This document shows, piece after piece, positions 52,463 through 62,538 of a stretch of DNA of 64,000 bases (its first letter is position 1; every line of letters starts with the position of its first letter). The DNA comes from Alphaproteobacteria bacterium (lineage in GTDB: Bacteria; Pseudomonadota; Alphaproteobacteria; UBA828): the NCBI GenBank assembly GCA_965221125.1, contig CBDCRW010000004.1, positions 960,001 through 1,024,000 of the forward strand. Direction: 5' to 3'. Position numbers and translations under genes: made by a program. The notes below the pieces were generated by a model. The model saw only the letters and a list, made by a program, of their open reading frames with translations, was not told where the DNA came from and did no database searches.

Positions 52463-54940
52463 ATGCGAATAGTCCTCGCAGTGCTCGCCGTGGCCGCCGT
52501 GCTCGCGGCGGGTGAGGTTCGTGCCGGCGCGCTGGCACCCACCCCGCAGATCATCGCCGAGTACGACCGCAGCTTCATTGAGCGCTCAGGCGCCCAGACG
52601 TTCGGCGAGATGCTCGACACGGGCATCATCCGCTACTTCTTCACCGGAGGGCGCGACCTGCTCATCATGGTGAACGGGCGGCCCTATGCAACGACCGCGC
52701 ACAATCTGGACACCCTCCCGCTTTCGGCGGTCGAGCGCATCGAGGTGCTGAGAGCCGAGAGCCTGGGGACGATCGGCGGCCACGCCGCGGTACGTGGCGC
52801 ATTCAACCTTGTGCTGAGGAAGGATCTGGACGGCTTCGACGTGCGCACCGTCGCCCGGATGCCGAGCCGCGACGGCGGCGACGCGCGCCAGGGCAGCGTC
52901 GTATGGGGCGGCGAAATCGGCACCGACGGGCACATGACCATCGGCGTTGACGTTCTCGACCGCGAGGAGATCGCCGGCAGTACCCGCGAGCACAGCAGTT
53001 CGGAGTGGACGGAGGGCGGGACCTTCGCCGAGGCGAGGAACGTGAGCGTTGGCGGCAACACCGTCTACATCTTCGACACGAGCGCGGAAGAGCTGAGAGC
53101 CGTGGCGCTCGGCGCGTGCGACCCGACGCACGGCTACACCGGCCCGCTCAGCGACCCGCCGGGGATCGATTCGGGCGACAAGGGCTGCGGGTTTCGCTAT
53201 GGCGACTTCTGGTGGGACACCGAGCGCTACGACCAGAGGAACGCAATCCTGAACCTCGACCACCCGCTTGGAGCGAGCGCTGAGCTCCACGTCGACGCCA
53301 ACGCCACGCTCGGACGCTCGGCGTTCCGCTACGCACCGTCGATCGACATCTTCGCCGTCACCCCGGGCGTCACGCTGCTTGACGCAATCAATGAGGCGGC
53401 GCGCAGCGCTGATCCTGAGTTCGAGGCGACGACAGAGGACGTGTTTTCGGTCGGGCACCGCTTCATCGGACACGGCAACCGGGACTGGAGGACGAGCGCC
53501 GAAGAGTACGACGTCTCGGCGAGCGTCGAAGGCCGGCTCGCCGACGGCCTGGGCTACGACGCGGAGGTCAGCGCCTGGAAGCTCGACGGCTCGGTAGAGG
53601 GCGATACTTTCGTGGATGCCGAGATCATCAGCGAGGAGATCGAAGCGGAAAGGTACGACCTGACCGATCCACTGTCGACGGACCCAGAGCACCTTCGAGC
53701 CATCGAGAGGAGCAGCCTGCGCCAGGAGAACGACTTCGGCGGACGGTATCTGGGTGCTCGTTTCGCGCTTGAAGGCGCAGGTCCGGAAATCGGGGGGCGA
53801 AGCTCGGCATGGACCGCGGGTGCCGAGCTCGCCGAAGTGGAGGCTCACAGCCTTCTCGCCTTCCGGTCGAGCGACGGGCGCATCCGCGACGTCAACGCGG
53901 TGCTTGGATCAGGAGGCACGAGCTATGCGGGCAAGCGCGAAACGGCAGGGGTTTTCGCCGAGGCGTCGATGCCATTCGCCGAGACGGTGGAGGTGAGAGC
54001 GGGCGCCCGGGCCGACGAATACGATGACGTCGGCGCGCTACGCGCATGGCGGCTCGGGGCCGAGTACCGCCCGAACGACATCGTGGCGCTGCGCGGGTCA
54101 TGGAGTGCAGGCGACGACGCACCGTCGATGCACCACCTGCACAGCACCGCGGCGCAGGACCACCCCTACGTGCGCTGCGTACCGCAAAGCGGCCCTGCGC
54201 CTCGCACCTGCGACGCCTCGAACTACCGGCAAGTGACGCGCGAGACCAGCGGCAATCCCGAGCTCGAGCCCTCGCGATCGCACCGTCGCTCGATCGGGGC
54301 GGAGGCTCGCAGGGGGCCGTTCTACCTCGTCGCCGACTGGTACTGGCTCACGACCTCCGATCTGCCGGGTCGGCGAGACGCAACCTGGGCGATGCTGAAC
54401 CACCCCGAGTGCCCACCGGGCGGCGGCAGTAGCTGCATCGAGCGCGCGGCCGGTGACATCACCATCCACGAGAGCTTCGCGAACATCCTGGAGACCGAAG
54501 TCTCGGGAGTGAACACCCGGTTCGGAGCCCGCGCGGAGACCGGCTGGGGCTTCGTCGCATTGCGCGGGTTTTGGCGCTACGTCACCAACAGCGAGGAGCG
54601 CATCGCAGGCGAGGAGCGGCCCAACCCGCTCCCGCGCAACGCCGTGCGCATCGTGACCTCGGCCGGGCGCGGCGACCTTACCGCCTTCTGGGCCGTCAAC
54701 TACCGCGACGAGATCGAGAACCGGCAGGGCGATGGACGGTTCAAGTCCTGGACCGGCCACGACCTGACGCTAGACTGGAGACAGCCGCTAGGGCTCAAGA
54801 GCACGCGGATATCCGCGGGCGTGTACAATGTCACCGACGCGAAGCTCTCCACGAACACCGCGAACCCCTCCGCGACCGACGGGCCCACCGCAGCTGGCTG
54901 GGGACGCACCTTCTTCCTCACTCTCAATATGCGGTTCTGA
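52463..54940 (+). CDS. TonB-dependent receptor
   Basis: Signal peptide, plug motif LIMVNGR...NLDTLPLSAVERIEVLR, GNPELEP, GVYNVTD and a C-terminal GRTFFLTLNMRF. Confidence 0.9.
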   Translation: MRIVLAVLAVAAVLAAGEVRAGALAPTPQIIAEYDRSFIERSGAQTFGEMLDTGIIRYFFTGGRDLLIMVNGRPYATTAHNLDTLPLSAVERIEVLRAESLGTIGGHAAVRGAFNLVLRKDLDGFDVRTVARMPSRDGGDARQGSVVWGGEIGTDGHMTIGVDVLDREEIAGSTREHSSSEWTEGGTFAEARNVSVGGNTVYIFDTSAEELRAVALGACDPTHGYTGPLSDPPGIDSGDKGCGFRYGDFWWDTERYDQRNAILNLDHPLGASAELHVDANATLGRSAFRYAPSIDIFAVTPGVTLLDAINEAARSADPEFEATTEDVFSVGHRFIGHGNRDWRTSAEEYDVSASVEGRLADGLGYDAEVSAWKLDGSVEGDTFVDAEIISEEIEAERYDLTDPLSTDPEHLRAIERSSLRQENDFGGRYLGARFALEGAGPEIGGRSSAWTAGAELAEVEAHSLLAFRSSDGRIRDVNAVLGSGGTSYAGKRETAGVFAEASMPFAETVEVRAGARADEYDDVGALRAWRLGAEYRPNDIVALRGSWSAGDDAPSMHHLHSTAAQDHPYVRCVPQSGPAPRTCDASNYRQVTRETSGNPELEPSRSHRRSIGAEARRGPFYLVADWYWLTTSDLPGRRDATWAMLNHPECPPGGGSSCIERAAGDITIHESFANILETEVSGVNTRFGARAETGWGFVALRGFWRYVTNSEERIAGEERPNPLPRNAVRIVTSAGRGDLTAFWAVNYRDEIENRQGDGRFKSWTGHDLTLDWRQPLGLKSTRISAGVYNVTDAKLSTNTANPSATDGPTAAGWGRTFFLTLNMRF

Positions 54941-55372
54941 GGCGTTGACCGAAGGGGAGGTAGCCGTGCCGTTGAGGCCCCCCCAACAGATGAGTGAGTG
55001 TTTGCGAGTCGATTGTTGGCCCTGGTCGCTGTCCGAATCGTTCGGTCCCCTGGTTCGTTGACAGGCACACGGCGGCAGCGGCGTCCCCTCCTCGGGGACA
55101 CCCGCCCACCGCCCCGCTCAAGACAAGCTCTGACTATTCGAGGCGCATCGGCACGGGCACGAAATGTGAGATACGGAAAAACGGCGGGGAGCGAAGTCGC
55201 TGCCTGACGGTGCGCCCTCGCCGGAACGCTTAACCGCCGCCCCTTGTCACGGCCGAGCTCGCCCTCTCCACGACGCCAAGCAGGGTCTGGGGTGACGGTG
55301 GCGAGAAACTGCATTTGACGGGCGCTCTTCGTGCCGTATCGTGATCCGGCGTGGGCGAAGGAGCTATTGGCG

Positions 55373-55675
55373 ATGGCTACCTTGACGCGGGCGGATCTGG
55401 CGAAGGTTGTCAGCAAGGAGACGGGGTGGACGCAGCGCGACGGCAGGGCGTTCGTCGACGCGGCATTCGAAGAGATTATGGCGCGGCTTGAGGTCGGGGA
55501 GCCGGTAAAGCTCAGCGGCTTCGGCAGTTTCACTCTGCGTGACAAGACGGCGCGTCTCGGTCGCAACCCCCGTACGCTGGAGATGGCGCCGATAGCGCCG
55601 CGCCTCGCGGTGGTCTTTCGTGCTTCCCATGTTCTGAAGAGGCGGATCGACAACGGGATGTCGGTCTGCGAATAG
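55373..55675 (+). CDS. ihfA: Integration host factor alpha-like protein
   Basis: TLTRADLA, VKLSGFGSF.LRDK.AR.GRNP.T, I.PR..VVFRAS..LK. Confidence 0.85.
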   Translation: MATLTRADLAKVVSKETGWTQRDGRAFVDAAFEEIMARLEVGEPVKLSGFGSFTLRDKTARLGRNPRTLEMAPIAPRLAVVFRASHVLKRRIDNGMSVCE

Positions 55676-55753
55676 GGCAGTTAGGAATTTGCAAGCGGTA
55701 CTGCTACAAGTGTGTGTGCTGCAGCTTCACTGGCTACGAGAAAGACTGCGATC

Positions 55754-56041
55754 ATGGACCAGGAAAAAACGACTTTGGTCGACCAAAGTACTCTCTCCAA
55801 GGGAGAGATTCGCAAGCTTAACGCGTTGCGCAAGTCCGTAGGCAATGAGATCGGCGACAAGGCATTCGCCGAATGGTTGACATCACATTCAGACAGGTCG
55901 AACGAGAGAGACCATAACGCCGACAAGATCATCGACATGCTGTGGCCTCTGGTTGAGGCAGGAGCAGTGAGGATTCCGCGCGGCGGCTACCTGCTCAGGC
56001 GCGGCCGCGGCAGGATAATCGTCGAGCCTCTGAAGGCATAG
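55754..56041 (+). CDS. Small hypothetical protein
   Basis: Clean 95-aa ORF (LSKGEIRKLNALRKSVG...GY..RRGRGRIIVE). Confidence 0.6.
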   Translation: MDQEKTTLVDQSTLSKGEIRKLNALRKSVGNEIGDKAFAEWLTSHSDRSNERDHNADKIIDMLWPLVEAGAVRIPRGGYLLRRGRGRIIVEPLKA

Positions 56042-56049
56042 CTCGTCTG

Positions 56050-56484
56050 GCCCCTGGCCTTAGAGCGCCGGCATTGCTCTCCACTGACTACGGATGGAAC
56101 ATGAGCGAGCGGCGCTGGGGCGAGGCCCAAGCGGTGCATATGAAGCACCGCTTACTCGGCGAGGTTCCCGCCACTGGATCGTGGCTTGAGTTGAGGCTGC
56201 CAAGCGGTGGCGAGAGAGACACGGTGAAGGCCGGTGGCTTCGACATGAGCGATCCGGAGGCGCCCTTCACTCGGAACCACGGAGCCGGCTACCGCGCGGT
56301 ATACGACCTGGGAGATCCCGAGCGCTCGGTGTTCAGCGCCAGCACGGGCAAGTCGGGCAACCCGCTGTCCTCGCATTGCGAGGACTTCGCCGAGCCCTGG
56401 CGTGACGGTCGCTATCTGCCCATGCTCACCGATCATGCCCGCCTTGAGGATGCCATTGGCACTCTGAATCTTCGTCCCCGGTAA
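56050..56484 (+). pseudogene. Diverged inverted partial copy of the 3' end of the penicillin acylase gene
   Basis: Encodes RWGEA.AVHMKHR.LGEVPA...HGAGYRAVYDLGD...LRPR, closely matching 36639-37060 (-) through the stop codon. Confidence 0.9.
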
Positions 56485-56630
56485 CGTCGCGGAGCAGGTG
56501 TGCGATGTGCGATGTGCCTCGCGCGGAGCAGCGGCCGCTGGTTCCGTCCGAGATTCGCCGCGGCGGCCACCCATATGTTCGACGATCCCTTCGAACCAGC
56601 ACGCGACGCAGGAGGAATGCGGTCAGCCTC

Positions 56631-57785
56631 CTACTCGTCGGGGACAGCCTCGCCGCGGAAGTCCATGTGCTCCAGCACCGCGTGACCCTTGGCAGTTACG
56701 CGCCGGCCCTCGTGATCGAGGTCGATCTCGAGCCCGGAGGCGAAGCGCGTGTACCACCAGTGGTAGTTCGCGTCGCTGTCGAAAATGAAGGACGAGATCG
56801 CCTTCTCGCCGGCAAAGCGCACTGATCCCTTGTCTTCGACGGTGAAAACGATGTCGCTTCCGATCGTCTTGCCGGTGTCGGGCTGCGCCGCCGTCGCCAG
56901 CTCCTGAAACCCGACCGCCGGGCCCAGCTCGGCGACCAGAACCCCCGTCTCGTCCGCCACGTAGACGTTCCGCAAGTCAACGCCGTTGTTGAGCCGCACC
57001 GACGCGGCGACGGCAGTGTAGCCGCCGGCCTCGCCCCGCGCCCAGTGCCAGTCCTTCACCAGCACCGACATCGGCACGTTGCCCCAGTTGTGGTCGTGAT
57101 AGCCCGCGCCCGCCACTTCGTGTGTCACCGAGTCGACCGTCACCGTGCCGCTCAGAGCGCCATTGGGGACCGCACACAACCAGCGGAAGTAGGGCCCATC
57201 GGGGTTGCTTCCGTCATCGGGTCCGGGGCTGTAGCTCGGCACCTTGCGGTCCAGTTGAAGGTGAAGGCCGTAGCCGCCGTTGGTCTTGGGGTCGATGAAG
57301 AGCTCGTAGCGGTTCAACCCGTCCAGCGAGCGGATGAAGTGCCGGCCGATCCCGACGTCGCAGATCGCGCGACTGTATCGCGTTTGCGAGGCCTCGAACC
57401 GAATCTTGCGGTCGAGGAGCACTTCGTCGTCCGTGGCGAAGTTGACAGTGATGTAGGGCTGGAGCACGCCATTCCCGTCGAGTTCCAGATGCCAGGAGGC
57501 GACGAAGGTCACGCCGTTCGAGAGATGTCCGTCCGCGTACCACCATTCGAACTGGCCAGGGGCGAACTTCTCCGGATCCAGCCTGAGCGCATCGGCCCAG
57601 GCTTGCGGATCGCCGGGCTCGCTGCCGTAAAAAGTGAAGCCCGGCGGCATATCCTGAGCGAGCCCGATGCTCGGCGGAAAGAGCATCGAACATGCGACCG
57701 CGGCGGTGAATCCACGTCTGGTCAAGGTAAAGGGCGCAGTAGATGGTGCCGAGACAGCGGTCTTCATTTCTTGTGCATTCCTCAT
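56631..57785 (-). CDS. Tat-exported CrtC/AttH-like (lipocalin-like hydratase/cyclase fold) protein
   Basis: TRRGFT Tat motif, FEWWYAD, WLCAVP.G and GYHDHNWG...W.WARG. The start is uncertain. Confidence 0.65.
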   Translation of the reverse strand: MRNAQEMKTAVSAPSTAPFTLTRRGFTAAVACSMLFPPSIGLAQDMPPGFTFYGSEPGDPQAWADALRLDPEKFAPGQFEWWYADGHLSNGVTFVASWHLELDGNGVLQPYITVNFATDDEVLLDRKIRFEASQTRYSRAICDVGIGRHFIRSLDGLNRYELFIDPKTNGGYGLHLQLDRKVPSYSPGPDDGSNPDGPYFRWLCAVPNGALSGTVTVDSVTHEVAGAGYHDHNWGNVPMSVLVKDWHWARGEAGGYTAVAASVRLNNGVDLRNVYVADETGVLVAELGPAVGFQELATAAQPDTGKTIGSDIVFTVEDKGSVRFAGEKAISSFIFDSDANYHWWYTRFASGLEIDLDHEGRRVTAKGHAVLEHMDFRGEAVPDE

Positions 57786-58197
57786 CGTCCAATTGCGAGT
57801 CAGGTCCCCACGTCAAGGACGGGACAGGGGCATGTGATGGGCTCGTATCAGCAAGTCAGAAGGCCAACAAGAGCAGTCTCCCGAAGCCTTGTGCGGGGCG
57901 GCCCCGTATCGTCGGGCGAATCCCGAATCCACGAACTCCTGCCCTGAAACTTCGACCCGGCGTCAAGCTGAAAACCAAGATGGTGCTCTCGCACCGGTCT
58001 TACCGAGTATCCGGTGCCGAGCGAGAAGCGGAACGCCGTCACCGAACCCACCGACGCAAACATGAAGAGCCGCTGCCGGCAGGGGCCGTTTCCCGTCGAG
58101 GCGCAAACCCCGTACGCTTGCGGTCCAACGGTTCCGTGTCGGCCCAGTGCTTCAACCCCTTGGGCACCCGCGGCACGACCGAATCCCCGAGTTTCGC

Positions 58198-59112
58198 TCA
58201 GGTAGAATCGGAGGCGGATGCGCCTCGTGGGAAACACTCGTCGACTTCGTCCTGCAGCCAGGCACGGAAGGCGGCAACCCCAGGTTGGCGGAGCCGAGAC
58301 CTGGGCACCCGCAGCCAGTACCCGCAGCCGTTCTGCATGCTCCCCGCAATCGGGCGCACCAGGCGACCGCTGGCCAGATCATCATGGGCGACGGCAGTGT
58401 TGGTGAGCAGCAGCCCCTTCCCGTTGCGTGCGGCCTCCAGGATGAGCGCCGTCGAGAGGTGCAGGCCCTGCATGTCGTCGAAGGCGCTGTTCAGCTTCAC
58501 CGCCGCTGCAAAGCTCTTCCAACCCGGCCAGTGCGCGGTTTCCGGGATGCCCTTGCGGTGCAGAAGCGTGACTTCGGCGAGACTGCAGCCCTGCGCGATG
58601 CGCTGGCCCAGCTCCGGACTGCACACCGGAAATATCTCCTCGTCCGTGAGCTTCTCGACGACGAAGCCCTCGGCGGGCGTGGGTCGACCGTAGTCGATGC
58701 TCAGGTCCGCCGAAGGCGGAGACACGTCGCCGCACGTCCACTTGTCCTCAATGGTCACTTCGGACTGAAGACCGAAACGGTCGATGCGAGGAATCAGCCA
58801 GGCCGACGCGAACATCGGCGGACAGAAGATACTCAGCCGGTCGCGTGGGCGCCTCTTGCCCAGGCCCTCGACAGTCTTGGCGATTTGGGAAAATGCGGCC
58901 TGCAGTTCTCGTTGAAGACGCTCACCGGCATCGGTCGGATGCACACCACGATGGTCCCGGGTTAGCAGGGCGGTATCCAGTTCGACCTCGAGGCTCTTGA
59001 TCTGGCGGCTGACGGCGCCGGGTGTGACGCGCAGCTCGCAGGCCGCCGCAGCTATGGAGCCCTTGCGAACCGCAGTCTCGAAGCTGCGTAACAAATTGAG
59101 CGACGTTCTCAT
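58198..59112 (-). CDS. LysR-family regulator (GcvA-like)
   Basis: SLNLLRSFE..VR.GSI.AAA.EL.VTPGAVSRQIKSLE, EEIFPVCSP and DDLASGRLVRP. Confidence 0.92.
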   Translation of the reverse strand: MRTSLNLLRSFETAVRKGSIAAAACELRVTPGAVSRQIKSLEVELDTALLTRDHRGVHPTDAGERLQRELQAAFSQIAKTVEGLGKRRPRDRLSIFCPPMFASAWLIPRIDRFGLQSEVTIEDKWTCGDVSPPSADLSIDYGRPTPAEGFVVEKLTDEEIFPVCSPELGQRIAQGCSLAEVTLLHRKGIPETAHWPGWKSFAAAVKLNSAFDDMQGLHLSTALILEAARNGKGLLLTNTAVAHDDLASGRLVRPIAGSMQNGCGYWLRVPRSRLRQPGVAAFRAWLQDEVDECFPRGASASDST

Positions 59113-59389
59113 CACCGATCTCGCGAAGTGGCACTGGCATGGGCAGACTCCACCAAGGCTCACCACAGTTCAAGTGAGCAAACAGTGAACATGTCGGATG
59201 GCTGCGCTTGCCTATGGCGCATTCTTCGGCAGTTGCCGATCCCAACGATCACCGCAAGGGTGGAGCTCGGTCTACATGGTCGGCGGCACAGAGCGCGTCG
59301 AATGAAGTTTGGCCGGCACGCGACCACCCGGAGCGACACTCGAACCGAGGCCTGCGAGGTGCGGTGCCGGTGATCGCTGGCATATGGGA

Positions 59390-59464
59390 TTGAGTTTTTC
59401 TCAACGATGTTCGACATTTTCTCAATAATTGAGTATTTCTCAGGTGTTGTTGAGTTTAATTCGC
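59390..59464. promoter_or_regulatory. Array of four TTGAG-N5-CTCAA-like boxes (putative LysR operators)
   Basis: Boxes start at 59390, 59411, 59429 and 59450 in the AT-rich gap between divergent LysR and tadG-like genes. T-N11-A core. Confidence 0.6.
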
Positions 59465-59592
59465 TTGCAACTTTGCCCCGCTCGTGTATTTGGTGAGCCC
59501 TGCACATAAATATCGGGGCACCTTACGACATGGTTGCGGGCTGCCTTCGCCGCGTCACGCGAACGAGCGCTGTCATCATCCAGCCGGCCGGC

Positions 59593-61224
59593 ATGCGCTT
59601 GCGAATCTCGAACTTCCTTCGCGATATCCGGGGCGGAGCCACGTCGTTCGCTGCGATCTTTATCGCCGTGATGACGGTTGGCGCAGCTGCACTTATCGTC
59701 GACCACAACTGGCTCGTCGATCAGCGCGACACGTTGAAGTACGCCTCGGACGCCGCGGCGATCGCGGCAACCATTGAGATGACGCGGCCGGGGGTCCAGA
59801 GCAAGAACGATATCGAGTTGAAAGCTCATCTCAGACAGGTCGCCGAGGGCCATGCGTTGCTTAACCTTTCGCACTTGTCCGGGGACCGGCTCAAGACGGC
59901 GAAGGACAGCTTGGACGTGAAGGTCGAGCCGTATCGCGACTCGAACACCGTGGACGTAACCGTCTCGGCGGATCTCGGCGGCACGCTCTTCTCGCGCCAC
60001 CTTCCGATCATGGGCAATAGCAAGGGGCCCGAGAAGGTCCGGGTGGACGCCAGGGTGGAGGGCACGAGCGATCCCGTCGAAGTGGTGCTCGCCATCGATA
60101 TCAGCAAGTCCATGCAGTGGACGTTGGACGCGAAGCGACCCAAAGCAGGCGAGAGCGCCAGTCGTATGGAAATCGTGAAGGGGGCGGCAAAGTCACTGGT
60201 GGATATCCTGGGCCCCAACGCTGAGAACCGGATAGCCGTGGGCCTGGTCCCCTGGCAGGCCCAAGTGCGTCTCGACAGCGCCACCCGGGTCAAGTGGTCG
60301 ACTGAGGGTTGGGCGGCGCGCCCGATTAGTCGCTACTACGGTGCAAAATATGGCTGCAAACCTCTGGGAACTTGTCGCGCGCAGAAGGAGACCCGGGTCC
60401 TGCCGCGCGCACCTCAAACAGAAGAGTGGAGTGGTTGCCTGGACGAGCACCGTGTCGACGGTGGACTCGCGAATCTGCCAGCCAAGACTGACTACAAGAC
60501 TGACCTTATAAGCCTCCCCGGAAAAAGTGCGTTTGCTCAGGGAATCTACGCTTCGCATTACGCCTACGGCATCGATTGCCCGCAGCGTCCCCTGCCGCAG
60601 GATTTCAACTGGCAATACTGTTATGGCACCAGCACGATAACTGGAGACGACGCCTGGAATATTATCCCAGTTGGTCCCCAGTATCTCTGTGAGAACGACC
60701 CTGGGTCCATTCTCCCGCTGACTACGGATGCATCGGGCCTCGTGTCCGCAATCGAAAACCTCAAGCCGGTCGGATCCGGCACCTACTCTGCGTTGGGCTT
60801 GCTGTGGGGGCAACGGCTTCTCACCCACAGCTGGAAAGACGTCTGGGGCGATAGCGTCCATCCTGTGGATCCGGAAGCGGAGGGGAGCACCGGCGCGCGC
60901 AAGGCGATCGTGCTTCTTACTGACGGCGAGGACTCCCAGTGTAGCCTACGTGATCCGACATGCGACAAGACTGACGTCGGCATCGCCCGAGAGGACGCGT
61001 GCGAGCATGTGAAGGCTGCCGGGATCGAAATCTTCGTCATCGCCGCAATGCAACCGGACAAGGTGTCTGAAACGCTGGGAAAGTCGTTGAGCGCTTGCTC
61101 GAGCCAGAAGCCCGACGACCCCAACAGCAAGTATGTGTTCCTTAACAACACGACCCCTGAAGACTTGGAAACAGCGTTCGCAGATATCGCGAACCAGCTC
61201 AAGGTATTCCGGCGCGTCTACTGA
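59593..61224 (+). CDS. TadG-like pilus-associated protein with a vWA domain
   Basis: Prepilin-like FLRD.RG-GAT plus a TM helix, L..ASDAAAIAA, MIDAS motif DISKSM, T...GL.WG.RLL and IVLLTDGED. The start could be 59530. Confidence 0.88.
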   Translation: MRLRISNFLRDIRGGATSFAAIFIAVMTVGAAALIVDHNWLVDQRDTLKYASDAAAIAATIEMTRPGVQSKNDIELKAHLRQVAEGHALLNLSHLSGDRLKTAKDSLDVKVEPYRDSNTVDVTVSADLGGTLFSRHLPIMGNSKGPEKVRVDARVEGTSDPVEVVLAIDISKSMQWTLDAKRPKAGESASRMEIVKGAAKSLVDILGPNAENRIAVGLVPWQAQVRLDSATRVKWSTEGWAARPISRYYGAKYGCKPLGTCRAQKETRVLPRAPQTEEWSGCLDEHRVDGGLANLPAKTDYKTDLISLPGKSAFAQGIYASHYAYGIDCPQRPLPQDFNWQYCYGTSTITGDDAWNIIPVGPQYLCENDPGSILPLTTDASGLVSAIENLKPVGSGTYSALGLLWGQRLLTHSWKDVWGDSVHPVDPEAEGSTGARKAIVLLTDGEDSQCSLRDPTCDKTDVGIAREDACEHVKAAGIEIFVIAAMQPDKVSETLGKSLSACSSQKPDDPNSKYVFLNNTTPEDLETAFADIANQLKVFRRVY

Positions 61225-61332
61225 ACTCCGGCCGGGTTGCGGCACCGACGGCCGCACCCACAATCGACGTATGCTACAAGTGCCGGTGCCGGTGCGATTT
61301 CCGGCAAGGAGACGGAAACGCCGGTGCCTCGA

Positions 61333-62538
61333 TCAGTCCGGAATCCGGCCCAGTTGCGAGAGATCCGGAGGCCGTTCGACCAGGTATTCGTAGACGGCCA
61401 TGCTGCAGGTCGCCCACCAGCCGCCCTCCGCACCCGTGGCGCGGCTTGCGGCCACCTCTACCCCACGGTTCAAACCCTCCTCTACGGTCTCCTTGATTGC
61501 AGCCATGTAGGAGGGCGCCAACGCGAGAGGGCCGGCCACCACCACCATCTCGGGCCTCACGAAGTTTCCGTACTGTACGACGAGGCGGCCGAGCTCGCGT
61601 CCGGCGCGGGTCATCTGCGCAGCGACCGGCGGGTCTCCCGCCCGGTCACGCTCGATGGTATCGCCGAGGGCGTCATTGAGTGCCGAGAGCGGCAATCGAG
61701 CCAGGCTGCCGCCTTGCAGACGGCGAAGGATGCCAAGGCCGCTGGCATGATCGTCCAGTGTCCCTTCGGTGCCGTCCTCTCCGATCACCGTCATCATGCC
61801 AATCCCGCCGGTAGGAAAGCCGCTGCTGTCGACCACGCGCCCGTCAATCAGCACCGCCGCACCGATTCCCGATCCGCACAGCAGCCCGAGCACATTGCGC
61901 CGCCCCCGTGCCACACCGAAAAGCATCTCCACCCGGGCGACGCTGTCCGTAAACATTCGCACCTGCATCGGCACATTGAGCAGATCGGCAAGCTGTGCCC
62001 GTATCGGCACGGGCCCCCATCCGAGATAGGGACAGTGCGTGATGCTTCCTCGCGCGGAATCCAGCACGGCCGTAACCATGAGGAGGCCGCCGAAAAGACG
62101 GCTGCGATCCTCAAGATGCACGCCGATCATGCGCCGGCTCTCCTGCGCAATCTTCCGGATGACCCTGTCTGGGTCCTCAATGGGCTCGATGGTGAACTCG
62201 GAGCCGGCGATGATGTTCCCCCCGATGTCCGACAGCGCCACGGTCTGGATCACTGGCGTGATGGCGATACCGAGCACCTGCCCGCCTTGCGGGTCGATCT
62301 TCAGGGGTTGGAAGCGCCGGCCTCTCGTCGATGGCCGCGCGCCAGGCGCTTCCATTTCCTCCTGCGCCAGACCGGAGTCGATCAGCGCACGGGCTGTGCG
62401 CGAAATCGTCGACGGGTCCATCTCAAGCCGGGACGCGATGCGCCTTCGTGTTACCGGTCCCGTCAGCAGGACTTCCCTGAGGGTCGCTCGCAAGGCCCCG
62501 CCGACCGTACCGCCGGGGTTCGGTTGTTCATCCGCCAT
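61333..62538 (-). CDS. ROK-family transcriptional regulator
   Basis: N-terminal wHTH (GP.TR..IA..L.M..STISR....LI..GL) and a degenerate ROK domain (G.GIGAAV.IDG, G.IG). Confidence 0.85.
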   Translation of the reverse strand: MADEQPNPGGTVGGALRATLREVLLTGPVTRRRIASRLEMDPSTISRTARALIDSGLAQEEMEAPGARPSTRGRRFQPLKIDPQGGQVLGIAITPVIQTVALSDIGGNIIAGSEFTIEPIEDPDRVIRKIAQESRRMIGVHLEDRSRLFGGLLMVTAVLDSARGSITHCPYLGWGPVPIRAQLADLLNVPMQVRMFTDSVARVEMLFGVARGRRNVLGLLCGSGIGAAVLIDGRVVDSSGFPTGGIGMMTVIGEDGTEGTLDDHASGLGILRRLQGGSLARLPLSALNDALGDTIERDRAGDPPVAAQMTRAGRELGRLVVQYGNFVRPEMVVVAGPLALAPSYMAAIKETVEEGLNRGVEVAASRATGAEGGWWATCSMAVYEYLVERPPDLSQLGRIPD

